DNA of 64,000 nt from an uncultured Pelagibacteraceae bacterium (lineage in GTDB: Bacteria; Pseudomonadota; Alphaproteobacteria; Pelagibacterales; Pelagibacteraceae): positions 705 through 64,704 of the forward strand of contig CACODU010000001.1 in assembly GCA_902626045.1 (NCBI GenBank), in the 5' to 3' direction. Shown here in pieces: positions 40,498 to 51,801 of this stretch (the stretch's first letter is position 1; every line of letters begins with the position of its first letter). Position numbers and translations under genes: made by a program. The notes beneath the pieces were generated by a model. The model was not told where the DNA came from and did no database searches. It worked only from the letters and a program-made list of their open reading frames with translations.

Positions 40498-41502
40498 TTA
40501 ATAATTTCTATAAAATTTAATTAGTTTTTCAACTTTATCTGGGTCAGTCGAAGGAAGCAAACCATGCCCTAAATTAAAAACATAAGGCAAATCTTTGAAA
40601 ACATCCAAATACTTTTTTGTATTGCTTATTATTTCTTCTTCTGAATTTAATAAAATCTCAGGATTTAAACCACCTTGAATTACAACATGTTTTAAATTTG
40701 TTTTCACCCAGTTAGGGTTAACTTCATAATCTATATTTATTCCATCTGGTTTTACCATTTCATTAAATTTTTTATAATTTTTTCCTATCCCTTTTGGAAA
40801 GCAAATTACTGGAATGTTCTTATTTTTACAAAAATTAACAAGTTTCGTGTTAGGTACGATGCAATAATTAATAAAATCCTCTGGTCGGATTAATCCAGCC
40901 CAAGAGTCAAATATTTGAACTACGTCAGCTCCTGCATTTATTTGGTTTTCAATATGAATGGCAAGATATTCGTAAAGTTTATTTAATATTAAATTTATCT
41001 CTTCAGTTTTAAATTTTATTTTTTTATAGTCAATTTCATTTTTATTTGATTTTAAATCAAGCATATAAACTAATAAAGTCCAAGGAGCTCCAATAAAAGC
41101 AATTAAAGATTTTTCTTTATTTAATTTATTTCTAGTTTTATTAATAGCATCATAAACAGGTTGTAATTTTTGAGTAAAAGAATCTTTGTTGGTTTCTGTA
41201 AATACTTTAAAATTGAACTTATCTAATTTTGGTCCAAAATCTTTTATAAAATCAACTCTTTGACCTAATGCGTAAGGAACCATTAATATGTCAGAAAAAA
41301 TTATAGCAGAATCTAAATTAAATCTTTTAATAGGTTGTAATGTTAACTCTGAACTTAATTCACTATTTAAACAAAGATTTACAAAATTTTGATTTTGTAA
41401 TCTAATTTTTCTAAATTCAGGCAAATATCTACCTGCTTGTCTCATAAACCAGATTGATTTACAAATTTTTTTATTTATTAAGATATCTTTAAGTTTACTC
41501 AT
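40498..41502 (-). CDS. hemE: Uroporphyrinogen decarboxylase
   Basis: WFMRQAGRYLPE, IIFSDIL, GAPWTL, QIFDSW, FNLGHG. Confidence 0.97.
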   Translation of the reverse strand: MSKLKDILINKKICKSIWFMRQAGRYLPEFRKIRLQNQNFVNLCLNSELSSELTLQPIKRFNLDSAIIFSDILMVPYALGQRVDFIKDFGPKLDKFNFKVFTETNKDSFTQKLQPVYDAINKTRNKLNKEKSLIAFIGAPWTLLVYMLDLKSNKNEIDYKKIKFKTEEINLILNKLYEYLAIHIENQINAGADVVQIFDSWAGLIRPEDFINYCIVPNTKLVNFCKNKNIPVICFPKGIGKNYKKFNEMVKPDGINIDYEVNPNWVKTNLKHVVIQGGLNPEILLNSEEEIISNTKKYLDVFKDLPYVFNLGHGLLPSTDPDKVEKLIKFYRNY

Positions 41503-41772
41503 AAAATAATATAAGTTTTTAAGTATAGTATGCGTTATAGGTACTGTTAATTAGTTATATAACCATTTTTACAACAATTATACATATGTGACTTAATAAC
41601 TTCGATAAGTTTTCCCTAATTTTTAGTTTTTATTCATTTTATAAACATTCAAAAAACATTATTATTAACATCTAATAAGTTGTTTAAATAATGTTGATTA
41701 TTGTTTACAGTATTTCCGTATTCGAGCTGAAATTACAAAATATAGAGTCATTAATATTTTATTAACAAAGAT
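41503..41772. other. Probable replication origin (oriC)
   Basis: Longest intergenic region of the window (270 bp), very AT-rich, between divergent hemE and ppsR-maf-aroE-coaE-dnaQ (conserved alphaproteobacterial oriC context); repeated TWATHAACA boxes; parAB/parS nearby. Confidence 0.75.
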
Positions 41773-42591
41773 ATGAACGAAAAATACAATGTATATCTTG
41801 TGTCTGACTCAACAGGTGAAACTCTAGATAGAATTTTTTTATCCTTAAAATCACAATTTGCTAATTTTGATTATGTAAAAAAGGAATTTGCTTTTATCAG
41901 AACGGAACAACAAATAGATAAAATTATCAAGGAATGTAATAAAATTGAAAATTCTATTATTTTATATACGATTGTAGAGACAAAATTAGCAAAGTATCTT
42001 GCAAGTCAAAGCGAAAATTTTTCTGTTCCATGTTTTGGAGTTTTAGGAAACTTAATTTTAAGTTTTTCAAAACTTCTTAATCAAAAAGCTATTCACAAAC
42101 CAAGCGCACAACATGTTTTAGATGAAGATTATTATAAAAGAATTGAAGCCATCCAATTTACAATGTCACATGATGATGGAAAAAAAGTTGATGATATTAA
42201 TAACGCTGATGTTGTTTTATTGGGTGTTAGCAGAACCAGTAAAACACCTACATCAATCTATTTAGCAAATAGGGGCTATAAAACTGTTAACATCCCTTTG
42301 GTATTAGATCAAAAAATCCCTGAAGACTTATATTCTAATACAACCTCATGTATCGTTGGTTTAGTTGCCGATCCAGAAAGATTATCGGATATACGACGTA
42401 ACCGTGTAGCAATAATGCAAGATCAAAATTTAAAAGAATATACAGATTTAGAATCTATTAAGAAGGAAGTAGAAAACTCCAAAAAATTATTTAAAAAGAA
42501 CAGTTGGCCTGTCATTGATGTTACTAGAAGATCGGTTGAAGAAACTGCAGCGTCTATACTAAAAATTATAGAAATTAAAAAAAATAAATGA
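41773..42591 (+). CDS. ppsR: PEP synthase/PPDK regulatory kinase-pyrophosphorylase (DUF299)
   Basis: SDSTGET, YYKRIEAI.F..HDDG, GVSRTSKTPTS.YLA. Confidence 0.92.
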   Translation: MNEKYNVYLVSDSTGETLDRIFLSLKSQFANFDYVKKEFAFIRTEQQIDKIIKECNKIENSIILYTIVETKLAKYLASQSENFSVPCFGVLGNLILSFSKLLNQKAIHKPSAQHVLDEDYYKRIEAIQFTMSHDDGKKVDDINNADVVLLGVSRTSKTPTSIYLANRGYKTVNIPLVLDQKIPEDLYSNTTSCIVGLVADPERLSDIRRNRVAIMQDQNLKEYTDLESIKKEVENSKKLFKKNSWPVIDVTRRSVEETAASILKIIEIKKNK

Positions 42592-43172
42592 AAATAATTT
42601 TAGCGTCTAAAAGCGGGGTAAGAAAACAAATTCTCGATAAATATAATATTGATAATGAAGTTATAATATCAAATGTTGATGAAGATGAAGTCAAACAATC
42701 TCTTTTAGCCGAAGGGGCTAATCCACGATCAATTTCTAAAAACCTTGCTGAAATAAAGTCTATAAAAGTGAGCAGCAAACAGCCCGACAGATTAGTTCTC
42801 GGAGCAGATAGTGTGATATCACTCAATGATGAACTTATTAATAAGCCTAATTCTAGAGAGGAAGCTTTGGAAATATTAAAAAAGCTAAATAACTCAAAAC
42901 ATTATTTAATAAGTTCAGTTTGTATATCTAAAAATGGAGCAATGATATGGAACTATACAGATGCCTCCGAACTAAAAATGAAGAATTTAACAGATGAAGA
43001 TTTAACAAACTATTTAAATAAAATAGAAACCGAAACCTTGTTAGCTTATGGTGTATATCAAATAGAGGCAGATGGGATGATGCTTTTTGAATATGTTAAG
43101 GGAGACAGAGACTCAATTATGGGATTGCCTATAAAAGAAATTAAAAGTTATATAGATAAACTAAAAAAATGA
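42588..43172 (+). CDS. maf: Maf family nucleotide pyrophosphatase
   Basis: IILASKS..R, VLGADS, KP, IMGLP. Confidence 0.92.
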   Translation: MKIILASKSGVRKQILDKYNIDNEVIISNVDEDEVKQSLLAEGANPRSISKNLAEIKSIKVSSKQPDRLVLGADSVISLNDELINKPNSREEALEILKKLNNSKHYLISSVCISKNGAMIWNYTDASELKMKNLTDEDLTNYLNKIETETLLAYGVYQIEADGMMLFEYVKGDRDSIMGLPIKEIKSYIDKLKK

Positions 43173-43990
43173 AAAAATCTTTTGGAATTATTGGGAGTCC
43201 AATTAAACATTCTTTATCGCCAATATTACACAAGTATTGGTTTGACAAATACAATTTAGATGCTGATTACGTCATAATGGAAGCAACAGATAAAGATTTA
43301 CCGAAAATTATAAGTAGAATTAAAGAGGGTTCTCTTTACGGTATCAACGTTACACTACCGTTTAAGCAAAAAATTATTAATCATGTTGATGAAATAGTTA
43401 ATGACGCGGAACAAACTGGATCAGTTAATACAATACTTTTAAATGAAAATAAATCTATCATTGGAGAAAATACAGATGTATTTGGATTGCAAGCAGCTTA
43501 TCTTAAAGAAATCGATAATAGTCCAAACAAGAATTCTTTGGTTATAGGTGCAGGTGGAGTTTCACCATCAATTATTTTATCTCTTCAAAAATCAGGTATA
43601 AAAAATATTTCAATAACAAATAGAACTCATGAGAAATGTATTTTTTTGAAAAAAAAATTTAATAATATTAATATTTTGCCCTGGGAAAATTTGGAGACCG
43701 AATTAAAAAATTTCGACATTATTGTTAATGCTACAAGTCTTGGACTGAAAAATGGTGATGATTTTAACTTTAATTTCTCTAAAACTAAACCTGAAGTTAT
43801 TTATATAGACACCATCTACAATCCATTAGAAACGAATACTTATAAATATCTTAAAGAAGAAGGAAAAAAAGTTTTTAATGGACTAGACATGTTTATTTAT
43901 CAAGGCCAAAAATCTTTTTACCTCTGGAATAAAATTAATCCTGAAATTGATGACGATTTAATAGAATTACTGAATTCAAAACTTAAATGA
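43169..43990 (+). CDS. aroE: Shikimate dehydrogenase
   Basis: HSLSP, NVTLPFK, SVNT, NTD, GAGG, NATSLG. Confidence 0.95.
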   Translation: MKKSFGIIGSPIKHSLSPILHKYWFDKYNLDADYVIMEATDKDLPKIISRIKEGSLYGINVTLPFKQKIINHVDEIVNDAEQTGSVNTILLNENKSIIGENTDVFGLQAAYLKEIDNSPNKNSLVIGAGGVSPSIILSLQKSGIKNISITNRTHEKCIFLKKKFNNINILPWENLETELKNFDIIVNATSLGLKNGDDFNFNFSKTKPEVIYIDTIYNPLETNTYKYLKEEGKKVFNGLDMFIYQGQKSFYLWNKINPEIDDDLIELLNSKLK

Positions 43991-44553
43991 TTAAAATTGG
44001 TATTACAGGATCTTTAGCATCAGGCAAAACTACAGCTAGCCAGATTTTATCTCAAAGGCGTGGGCCACTTTTTAGTGCCGATAAGATCGTTCAAAAACTA
44101 TACAAAGATAAAGATTTCAAAAAATTGTTAAGCAAAAAATTTAATATTGAAAATAATAATTTCATTAAAAAAAATCTTAAAAAAATTATTATATCCAATA
44201 AAAAAAATATTAAAAAATTGGAAAAAGTTATTCATCCCAAAGTAAGAATTCATATGAAAAAATTTACTAATAAAAATAAAAATAAAAAATTTCTCTTTTA
44301 CGAAATACCTTTGCTCATCGAGAGTAAACTGATGAGGTACTTTAATATTATAATCTTTATTAAAGCAAAAAGAAGTTTGAGATTAAAAAGATTTAAATCA
44401 AAAAAGGGAGATAAAAAACTTTTTAATTTATTGGACTCGAAACAACTAAATGATAATAAAAAAATTAAATCTAGTGATTATGTGGTTGTTAATGAAAAAA
44501 ATTTAAAGATTTTAAAAAAAAACTTATACGATATAATTAGTAAATATGAATGA
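43987..44553 (+). CDS. coaE: Dephospho-CoA kinase
   Basis: IGITGSLASGKT, AD, LE..IHP.V, EIPLLIE. Confidence 0.93.
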   Translation: MIKIGITGSLASGKTTASQILSQRRGPLFSADKIVQKLYKDKDFKKLLSKKFNIENNNFIKKNLKKIIISNKKNIKKLEKVIHPKVRIHMKKFTNKNKNKKFLFYEIPLLIESKLMRYFNIIIFIKAKRSLRLKRFKSKKGDKKLFNLLDSKQLNDNKKIKSSDYVVVNEKNLKILKKNLYDIISKYE

Positions 44554-45205
44554 AATTTTCTTAGATACCGAAACAACTGGTTTATCTTATGAAGAAGGCC
44601 ATAAAATAGTCGAGATAGCTTGTATTGAAACGAAAGATCTAATAGCAACTGGAAAAGTATTTCATAAATTAATTAACCCTAAAAGAGACATGCCTATTGA
44701 AGCCTATAAAGTTCATGGTTTCTCATCAGATTTTTTAAAAGAGAAAGAAACATTTAATCAAATTGCGGACGAATTTTTAAGTTTTATCAAAGATAAAAAA
44801 ATTATTATTCACAATGCTCCATTTGATCTTAACTTTTTAAATGGGGAATTGGCATCAATTCAAAAAGAAAAAATAAATAAAGAATTAGTAATCGACTCAC
44901 TAGAAGTTGCTAGAAACAAATATCCTGGAACTTCAAATTCTCTTGATGCGCTTTGTAAAAGATTTAATATTGATCTTTCTCGAAGAACTAAACATAATGC
45001 TTTATTAGATTGTGAGTTATTGAGAGAAGTTTATATAAATCTTTTAGACGCAAAAGAACCTAAGTTTAATCTTTCAAACAATCTTACAGAACAAAAAATA
45101 AATAAAAACAAAGATTACAATAAAACTATTTTAAAAATATCAGAAGTTGAGTTAAAAAAACATAAAGATTTCTTAAAATTAGAATTAAAGAAAAATTTTT
45201 ATTGA
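44546..45205 (+). CDS. dnaQ: DNA polymerase III epsilon subunit
   Basis: LDTETTG, HNAPFD, SLDALC.R, H.ALLD. Confidence 0.96.
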   Translation: MNEIFLDTETTGLSYEEGHKIVEIACIETKDLIATGKVFHKLINPKRDMPIEAYKVHGFSSDFLKEKETFNQIADEFLSFIKDKKIIIHNAPFDLNFLNGELASIQKEKINKELVIDSLEVARNKYPGTSNSLDALCKRFNIDLSRRTKHNALLDCELLREVYINLLDAKEPKFNLSNNLTEQKINKNKDYNKTILKISEVELKKHKDFLKLELKKNFY

Positions 45206-45618
45206 ACTTTCCTCATATCATAAAGGTTTTTAAAATTTACATTTTCACTAATCTTTACATCCTTAAATCCTGATTTCTCAAATAAAAAAATAAATATTTT
45301 TCTTAATTCAGGATAAATTTTATCAGGAACTTCTATGAGAATTATTTTTTCCATCTCTTCTTTAGATAATTTATTACTTTCTAATTCAACAATTGTCGAA
45401 TAAACAATCTTTGTATTAATAATTTCAAAGTCATCTTTCGTAGGAGAAATATTTAAGCTTGTAAGAACTTCTATAATTTTTTCTTTAGTTTGTGAGCTTT
45501 TTATATCAATATTAATTTTGTACTTAGAAATATCTTTAGATAATAAAAAAAATGTTTTAGGATTTGGGATATTAAAATCTAATTCCTTAATATACTTTCC
45601 TATAATTTTATAGCTCAT
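45199..45618 (-). CDS. secB: Protein-export chaperone SecB (divergent)
   Basis: YIKELDF.IPNP, IEVP..IYP..R, GF, VNF..LY; dnaQ-secB-fxsA-Tim44 synteny. Confidence 0.8.
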   Translation of the reverse strand: MSYKIIGKYIKELDFNIPNPKTFFLLSKDISKYKINIDIKSSQTKEKIIEVLTSLNISPTKDDFEIINTKIVYSTIVELESNKLSKEEMEKIILIEVPDKIYPELRKIFIFLFEKSGFKDVKISENVNFKNLYDMRKVQ

Positions 45619-46027
45619 CTTTTTTATTATCTATGATCTCACCATCAATAGTTTTACTTTGAGTTTTGACTCTATCTTTTTTTTGATCTTTCAAAGCAAT
45701 ATTTAAAAAAATTTTTCTAGTAAATGGAATAAGTAGAAAGAAACCAACGATATCTGTAAAGAAGCCTGGTATGATGAGCAACAATGCAGCTACAGCTATA
45801 GAAGCACCTGAAATCATTTCATAAATAGGTATTTTATTTTGGTATACATTAACCATTCCAGACTTTAACGTTTGTATTCCCTGAAGTTTAGCGAAGTAAA
45901 GACCGACAATTGCAGTAAAAAAAATCAATGCCAAGGTATTAAGAGCCCCAATCTGTCCTCCTACTTCAATAAAAAGATATATCTCTAAAGCTGGAAGGCC
46001 TATAAATAATAAAAAAAATGGGTTCAT
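45608..46027 (-). CDS. fxsA: FxsA family membrane protein
   Basis: P.LEI..FI.VG..IG, LLIIPGFFTD..G. Confidence 0.92.
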   Translation of the reverse strand: MNPFFLLFIGLPALEIYLFIEVGGQIGALNTLALIFFTAIVGLYFAKLQGIQTLKSGMVNVYQNKIPIYEMISGASIAVAALLLIIPGFFTDIVGFFLLIPFTRKIFLNIALKDQKKDRVKTQSKTIDGEIIDNKKDEL

Positions 46028-46071
46028 TTGTCTGATACAAAAATATATGATTAATGTATATTTATCAAATT

Positions 46072-46674
46072 ATGAGTAATAGTTTTGGTTATTTAGATAT
46101 AATTTTACTAGGTATGATTGCAGGATTTATAATTCTGCGACTTAGAAGCATATTAGGTAGAAAAACTGGACATGAGACTAAAGTTTATCCTGGTTTTGCC
46201 GAAAAAGAATTCAACATGCCAAAGAAAGAAGTCAAACCTGTTAAACAAAATTTGGAAATTTTAGAGGGAAAAGACAAAAAAGAATTCCTGAGAGGTGCAG
46301 AAATTGCTTATGAGAGTATTTTAACTTCTTTTGCATCTGGAGATTTAATAAAATTAAAGAACTTATTGGCCTCTAATATGTTTTCTAATTTTTCAGACGC
46401 TATAAAATCTAGAAATAAAGAGGGAATTAAATCTGAATTCACATTTATTGGTATAAAAGAGTCGTCTGTAGAAAAATACGAGAAAATTAAAGATAATTTA
46501 TTTGCAACAGTAAAATTTGTTGCCGAAGTTATCTCGGTTAAGAAAGATAAAGATAACAAAATAATAGAGGGCAATCCTGATAAAATTAAATTCGTAACAG
46601 ATAGTTGGAAATTTACTAAAAACATAAATCAAAAAAGCCCTAATTGGTACTTGTCTGAAATTATCAGTAAGTGA
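46072..46674 (+). CDS. Tim44/TimA family protein (probable start 46072)
   Basis: LRLRSILGRKTGHE, FL.GA..AYE.I, D.WKF, PNW.L. Confidence 0.9.
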   Translation: MSNSFGYLDIILLGMIAGFIILRLRSILGRKTGHETKVYPGFAEKEFNMPKKEVKPVKQNLEILEGKDKKEFLRGAEIAYESILTSFASGDLIKLKNLLASNMFSNFSDAIKSRNKEGIKSEFTFIGIKESSVEKYEKIKDNLFATVKFVAEVISVKKDKDNKIIEGNPDKIKFVTDSWKFTKNINQKSPNWYLSEIISK

Positions 46675-47090
46675 TAAAGAAAAAAGACCCCAGTCAAGAA
46701 GATAAAAAAACTTGGGAAGAATATATCAAAAATCCCTCTGATATTTACGACAAAGATCAAAATGTCTCTAATAGCATCCAGAGAAGAGAACGTTATAAAT
46801 TTGATTTACATGGTTTTACTTTGGACGAAGCTAATAACAAAGTGAAAGAAATTATGAACCATTGCATTAAAAATAAATTTAAAGAAATATTACTTATTAC
46901 TGGCAAAGGCATACATTCAACTAACGAAGAAAATACTTATGTTTCTGAAAGTTTAGGAAAATTAAAATATTCTGTACCTGAATTTATAAGAACCAACTCA
47001 GATTTAAATAAACTTATTATTTCAATTAATGATGCAGAAAAGATAGACGGTGGTGAGGGAGCGTTAATAATTAAGTTGAAAAATCTATAA
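46671..47090 (+). CDS. Smr/MutS2 C-terminal domain endonuclease
   Basis: DLHGFT, LITGKG, GG.GAL. Confidence 0.92.
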   Translation: MIKKKDPSQEDKKTWEEYIKNPSDIYDKDQNVSNSIQRRERYKFDLHGFTLDEANNKVKEIMNHCIKNKFKEILLITGKGIHSTNEENTYVSESLGKLKYSVPEFIRTNSDLNKLIISINDAEKIDGGEGALIIKLKNL

Positions 47091-48458
47091 AATGAATTTT
47101 GATAAATCAGTATCTTTTACTAAGTTTCCTAAATTATCTTGTACGTATTTTTGATCTACTGTAATTGTTTCTCCTGCTCTATCGGTTGCGTTAAAACTTA
47201 TATCATCTAAAACCTTTTCAATAATAGTGTGAAGTCTTCTAGCACCTATATTTTCAACTGATGAGTTTACCTCTGCTGAAATTTTAGCAAGCATATCAAT
47301 ACCGTCATCTGTAAATTCAAGATTTACGTTTTCAGTCTTCAGCAATTCTTTATATTGTTTAATTAGGCTGTTATCAGGCTCTTTTAGAATTCTTTTAAAA
47401 TCTTCTTCTTTAAGTGCATCTAATTCAACTCTAATTGGTAATCTACCTTGTAACTCAGGTAACAAATCTGAAGGTTTAGCCAACTGAAAAGCCCCCGATG
47501 CGATAAATAAAATATGATCCGTTTTAATCGGACCGTGCTTGGTACTCACAGTTGTACCCTCTATAAGAGGCAATAGATCTCTTTGAACACCTTCTCTTGA
47601 AACATCACCTCCAACCCTATCACTCCTTGCAGAAACTTTGTCAACTTCGTCTAGAAAAACTATCCCATTTTCCTCAGTTGCCTTTTTTGCTTCAGAAATA
47701 ATTTTATCCTCTTCAATCATTTTATCTGACTCTTGTGCAACTAAAATGTCGTGAGATTCTTTCACGGTCATTTTTTTCTTTTTACCTTTTTTACCACCCA
47801 TAGATTTTCCAAGAATGTCCCCAAGATTTACCATTCCAACGTTTCCTCCAGGCATTCCTGGTATTTCGAAACTTTGAAGTGGATTAGAAGAGTTTTGAAC
47901 CTCTATTTCAATTTCATTGTTATCTAAGTCGCCCGTTCTTAATCTTTTTCTAAAACTCTCTCTTGTTGCTACACTGGCTTTATTACCAACAAGTGCATCT
48001 AATACTTTTTCCTCTGCTTTTAATTCTGCCTTAGCTTTAACCTCTTTTCTCATCTTCACTCTCTCCATAGCTATAGCTATTTCAATTAAATCTCTAATGA
48101 TTTGCTCTACGTCTCTTCCAACATAACCAACTTCTGTAAATCTTGTTGCCTCAACCTTTATAAAAGGAGCCTCTGCTAATTTAGAAAGTCTTCTAGATAT
48201 TTCCGTTTTACCAACCCCTGTTGGCCCAATCATTAAAATATTTTTTGGAAGAACTTCATCTCTCATTTCATCTGATAAAGCCTGCCTTCTCCATCTGTTT
48301 CTTAATGCAACAGCTACAGCTTTTTTCGCCTCTTTTTGTCCAATTACATATCTGTCTAACTCTGAAACAATTTCTCTCGGAGATAGGGCGCTTACTTTAG
48401 AGGTTTGTTTATCTTTTTTTACTACTTTTAAATTTGTAACTTTATTTGTTGGTGCCAT
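47085..48458 (-). CDS. hslU: ATP-dependent protease ATPase subunit HslU (probable start 48458)
   Basis: [41 protein letters not shown]. Confidence 0.97.
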   Translation of the reverse strand: MAPTNKVTNLKVVKKDKQTSKVSALSPREIVSELDRYVIGQKEAKKAVAVALRNRWRRQALSDEMRDEVLPKNILMIGPTGVGKTEISRRLSKLAEAPFIKVEATRFTEVGYVGRDVEQIIRDLIEIAIAMERVKMRKEVKAKAELKAEEKVLDALVGNKASVATRESFRKRLRTGDLDNNEIEIEVQNSSNPLQSFEIPGMPGGNVGMVNLGDILGKSMGGKKGKKKKMTVKESHDILVAQESDKMIEEDKIISEAKKATEENGIVFLDEVDKVSARSDRVGGDVSREGVQRDLLPLIEGTTVSTKHGPIKTDHILFIASGAFQLAKPSDLLPELQGRLPIRVELDALKEEDFKRILKEPDNSLIKQYKELLKTENVNLEFTDDGIDMLAKISAEVNSSVENIGARRLHTIIEKVLDDISFNATDRAGETITVDQKYVQDNLGNLVKDTDLSKFIL

Positions 48459-48459
48459 G

Positions 48460-48999
48460 TTAAACTTTTTCCACTGTAATGTTGTTGTTAGTAAATACAC
48501 ATATGTCTGATGCAACTTTAATAGATTTTCTAGCTATTTCTTCCGCGCTCATATCAGTTTCAGCTAGTACCTTGGCAGCTGCAAGAGCATAGTTTCCACC
48601 AGATCCAATTCCAATAATTCCATCTTCTGGTTCTAAAACATCTCCAGTTCCAGAAATTATAAAACTATGTTTTTTATCTGCTACAGCCATAAGTGCTTCT
48701 AATCTTCTTAAAAATTTATCACTTCTCCAATCTTTAGCTAACTCTACGGCAGCTCTCTGTAAATTTCCTGCATGTTTTTCAAGTTTAGCCTCTAGCCTTT
48801 CAAATAAAGTAAGAGCATCGGCAGTTGATCCGGCAAATCCTGCAATTACTCCCCTGCTTTCAATTTTTCTCACCTTCTTGGCCTTACTTTTTAGAACTGT
48901 ATTACCTAAGCTAACCTGGCCATCTCCAGCCACTACAGTTTCACCTTTTTTTCTAAGCAAGACAATCGTTGTTCCATGCCACTTTTCAGCTGTATTCAT
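48460..48999 (-). CDS. hslV: ATP-dependent protease peptidase subunit HslV (probable start 48999)
   Basis: [27 protein letters not shown]. Confidence 0.97.
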   Translation of the reverse strand: MNTAEKWHGTTIVLLRKKGETVVAGDGQVSLGNTVLKSKAKKVRKIESRGVIAGFAGSTADALTLFERLEAKLEKHAGNLQRAAVELAKDWRSDKFLRRLEALMAVADKKHSFIISGTGDVLEPEDGIIGIGSGGNYALAAAKVLAETDMSAEEIARKSIKVASDICVFTNNNITVEKV

Positions 49000-49005
49000 A
49001 TTGTT

Positions 49006-49035
49006 ATATGTGGAGATTAATTCGGGATCTTCAAT
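49006..49035 (-). promoter_or_regulatory. RpoH (sigma32)-type promoter of hslVU
   Basis: Minus strand ATTGAA-N16-CCACATAT, 6 nt before the ATG. Confidence 0.55.
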
Positions 49036-49101
49036 AGTAAATCTCATTTATTGATAAAATGACCGATTATATATATATCAAAGTTAATTCAGAGATAATT
49101 T

Positions 49102-49692
49102 ATGGCAAGAAAAGCAAAGATTAGTCGAAAAACAAAAGAAACCAGTATTTCTGTTTCCGTTAATTTAGACGGTAAAGGTAAATATAAAATTAAAACTGGG
49201 ATTGGTTTTCTTGATCATATGTTAGAACAACTCTCTAAACATTCTTTAATCGATTTAGATGTAAGTGCTAAAGGTGATACTCATATAGACTTACACCACA
49301 CTACAGAAGACACAGGTATAGCTATCGGTGAAGCTATTAAGAAAGCAGCTGGCAACCGAAAAGGTATTAAAAGATATGCCTCAACAATAATTCCTATGGA
49401 TGAAACTTTAAGTCGAGTTTCAATTGATGTGTCTAATAGACCTTATCTTATTTGGAAAGTAAATTTACCTGTTGAGAAACTTGGTGAGATGGATACAGAA
49501 CTATTCAAAGAGTGGTTCCAAGCTTTTTCACAATCTGCTGGTGTTACTTTACACGTAGAAAATATTTATGGTGAAAACAGTCACCACAAAATTGAGTCTT
49601 GTTACAAAGGTTTAGCTAGATCATTAAAAGATGCTCTAGAAGTTGATAAAAGAATTAAAAACTCAATACCTTCGACCAAAGGCTCTATTTAA
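49102..49692 (+). CDS. hisB: Imidazoleglycerol-phosphate dehydratase
   Basis: [34 protein letters not shown]. Confidence 0.97.
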   Translation: MARKAKISRKTKETSISVSVNLDGKGKYKIKTGIGFLDHMLEQLSKHSLIDLDVSAKGDTHIDLHHTTEDTGIAIGEAIKKAAGNRKGIKRYASTIIPMDETLSRVSIDVSNRPYLIWKVNLPVEKLGEMDTELFKEWFQAFSQSAGVTLHVENIYGENSHHKIESCYKGLARSLKDALEVDKRIKNSIPSTKGSI

Positions 49693-49697
49693 AATTG

Positions 49698-50324
49698 ATG
49701 AACGTCACAATTGTTGACTACCAATCGGGCAATATAAGCTCAGTTATTAACTCTTTTACAGAGGTAGCTAAACGCAAAGTTAACCTAAAGGTTACATCAG
49801 ACATTAAGAAAATTAAATTAAGTGATAAAATAGTTTTACCTGGACAAGGATCATTTAAAAGTTGCGTCGATTCTCTTAAGAGCATCAACGGACTAGCAGA
49901 TACGCTTAAAGAATTTGCTATCACAAACAATAAACCTTTATTAGGTATCTGTGTGGGTTTACAAATGTTTGCTGACGTTGGGTATGAAGAAGAAGAAACA
50001 GAAGGATTAGGTTGGATACCTGGTAAAGTTTCTAAAATTGATAATCAAAATGGAAAATTTAAACTTCCACACATCGGTTGGAACGAAATTGAAATTCAAA
50101 AAGAAAGTAAAATTTTTAAAGATATAAAAAATAAATCGCACATGTACTTTGTGCACAGTTATGAGTTTATCCCTGAGGATAAATCCGTTATTTCAGCAAC
50201 AACAGATTATTCATCAAAAATTGTTTGTTCGATTGAAAGAGATAATTTGTTTGGAACACAGTTTCACCCTGAGAAAAGTGATAAAATTGGATTAAAAATA
50301 ATTGACAACTTTATGAAACTTTAA
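49698..50324 (+). CDS. hisH: Imidazole glycerol phosphate synthase glutaminase subunit
   Basis: LPGQG, GICVGLQ, PHIGWN, YFVHSY, QFHPEKS. Confidence 0.97.
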   Translation: MNVTIVDYQSGNISSVINSFTEVAKRKVNLKVTSDIKKIKLSDKIVLPGQGSFKSCVDSLKSINGLADTLKEFAITNNKPLLGICVGLQMFADVGYEEEETEGLGWIPGKVSKIDNQNGKFKLPHIGWNEIEIQKESKIFKDIKNKSHMYFVHSYEFIPEDKSVISATTDYSSKIVCSIERDNLFGTQFHPEKSDKIGLKIIDNFMKL

Positions 50325-51049
50325 TGAAAATATTCCCTGCTATAGATATTAAAGATAAAAAGTGTGTGAGATTAATCAAAGGAAATTTTGAAAATAAAAC
50401 TGAATATAAAACCTCACCTATTGATCAAGCAGGAAAATATAAAGACCATGGCTTTAAAAATTTACATATTGTAGATTTAGATGGAGCGCTGACCGGTAAG
50501 ACAGTTAATTTAAGCATTATTCAGGAAATTGTGAGTAAATACGATTTAAAAATTGAAATAGGAGGTGGTGTTAGATCTTTGAATAGTATTAAGCAATATA
50601 TTGATGCAGGTGTTGAGAAAGTTATCTTAGGAAGTGGTGCGATTAAAAATAAAGAATTTTTAAAAGAGGCTTGTGAAAAGTTTAAAGGTCAAATTGCTTT
50701 AGGATTAGACGCAAAGGATGGAAATCTTTCTGTATCAGGCTGGAAAGAAAATCTTAATATTAAAACTTTAGACTTTCTCAAAGAAGTCAACAGTTATGGA
50801 GTGAGCAGAATTATTTACACAGATATTAATAGAGATGGAATGAAAACCAGCCCTAATTTTGACGAGACCATAAAAATTGCAGAACTGTCTAATTGTCCTG
50901 TAGTTATTTCGGGAGGTGTTTCCTCGATGAATGATATTAAGAAAGCTAGAGAATTAAATAATAAAAAAATTGAGGGTATCATTGTTGGTAAAGCTATTTA
51001 TGATGGCGATATTAAACTAGATGAGCTAGCGAAGGAAATCAGTGCTTAA
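50324..51049 (+). CDS. hisA: ProFAR isomerase
   Basis: PAIDI....[24 protein letters not shown]. Confidence 0.97.
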   Translation: MKIFPAIDIKDKKCVRLIKGNFENKTEYKTSPIDQAGKYKDHGFKNLHIVDLDGALTGKTVNLSIIQEIVSKYDLKIEIGGGVRSLNSIKQYIDAGVEKVILGSGAIKNKEFLKEACEKFKGQIALGLDAKDGNLSVSGWKENLNIKTLDFLKEVNSYGVSRIIYTDINRDGMKTSPNFDETIKIAELSNCPVVISGGVSSMNDIKKARELNNKKIEGIIVGKAIYDGDIKLDELAKEISA

Positions 51050-51800
51050 AAATAGAATTATACCTTGTTTAGATGTTAAGAACGGAAGAGTAGTTAAGGG
51101 TATCAACTTTGTCGAATTGAAAGATGCTGGAGATCCAGTTGAACAAGCTAAGATCTACAGCGACGGTGGAGCCGATGAGATTTGTTTTTTAGATATTACT
51201 GCATCAAATGAAAATAGAGAAACAATTATTGATATTGTAAGAAAAACAGGAAAAGAATGTTTTGTTCCTTTAACTGTTGGTGGTGGAGTAAGAACAATTC
51301 AGAATATAACTGATTTATTATTAGCTGGTGCAGATAAAGTTTCTATTAATACAGCAGCGGTTAAAGATGTTAGTTTTGTAAAAGAGGCGTCTAAAAAATT
51401 TGGCTCTCAATGTATTGTTGTGGCTATTGATGCCAAAAAAGTTTCGGACAATAAATGGGAAGTTTTTACTCACGGTGGAAGAAATAAAACAGGAATTGAT
51501 GCTGTAGAATTTGCTGAACAAGTGGAAACAAATGGAGCAGGAGAAATTTTATTAACTTCTATGGATAGAGACGGAACAAAGTCTGGTTATGACGTTGAAT
51601 TATTAAAATTAATTACAAATAAAACTAATATTCCTGTAATTGCTTCTGGTGGTGTAGGAACTTTAGATCATCTCTACGATGGTATAGTTAAAGGTGGAGC
51701 GAGTGCAGTTCTAGCAGCTTCTATTTTCCATTATGGAGAATATAAAATTAAAGAAGCTAAAGAATATTTGAATTCTAAGAATGTATCAGTAAGATTATAA
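51042..51800 (+). CDS. hisF: Imidazole glycerol phosphate synthase cyclase subunit
   Basis: [38 protein letters not shown]. Confidence 0.98.
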   Translation: MLKNRIIPCLDVKNGRVVKGINFVELKDAGDPVEQAKIYSDGGADEICFLDITASNENRETIIDIVRKTGKECFVPLTVGGGVRTIQNITDLLLAGADKVSINTAAVKDVSFVKEASKKFGSQCIVVAIDAKKVSDNKWEVFTHGGRNKTGIDAVEFAEQVETNGAGEILLTSMDRDGTKSGYDVELLKLITNKTNIPVIASGGVGTLDHLYDGIVKGGASAVLAASIFHYGEYKIKEAKEYLNSKNVSVRL

Positions 51801-51801
51801 T

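Noticed and set aside
48459-49047. Long N-terminal extensions in the ORF track for hslU, hslV, the LON-domain gene and Tim44
   Set aside because: Downstream ATGs fit family starts and promoter positions better; the extensions are ORF-caller artefacts
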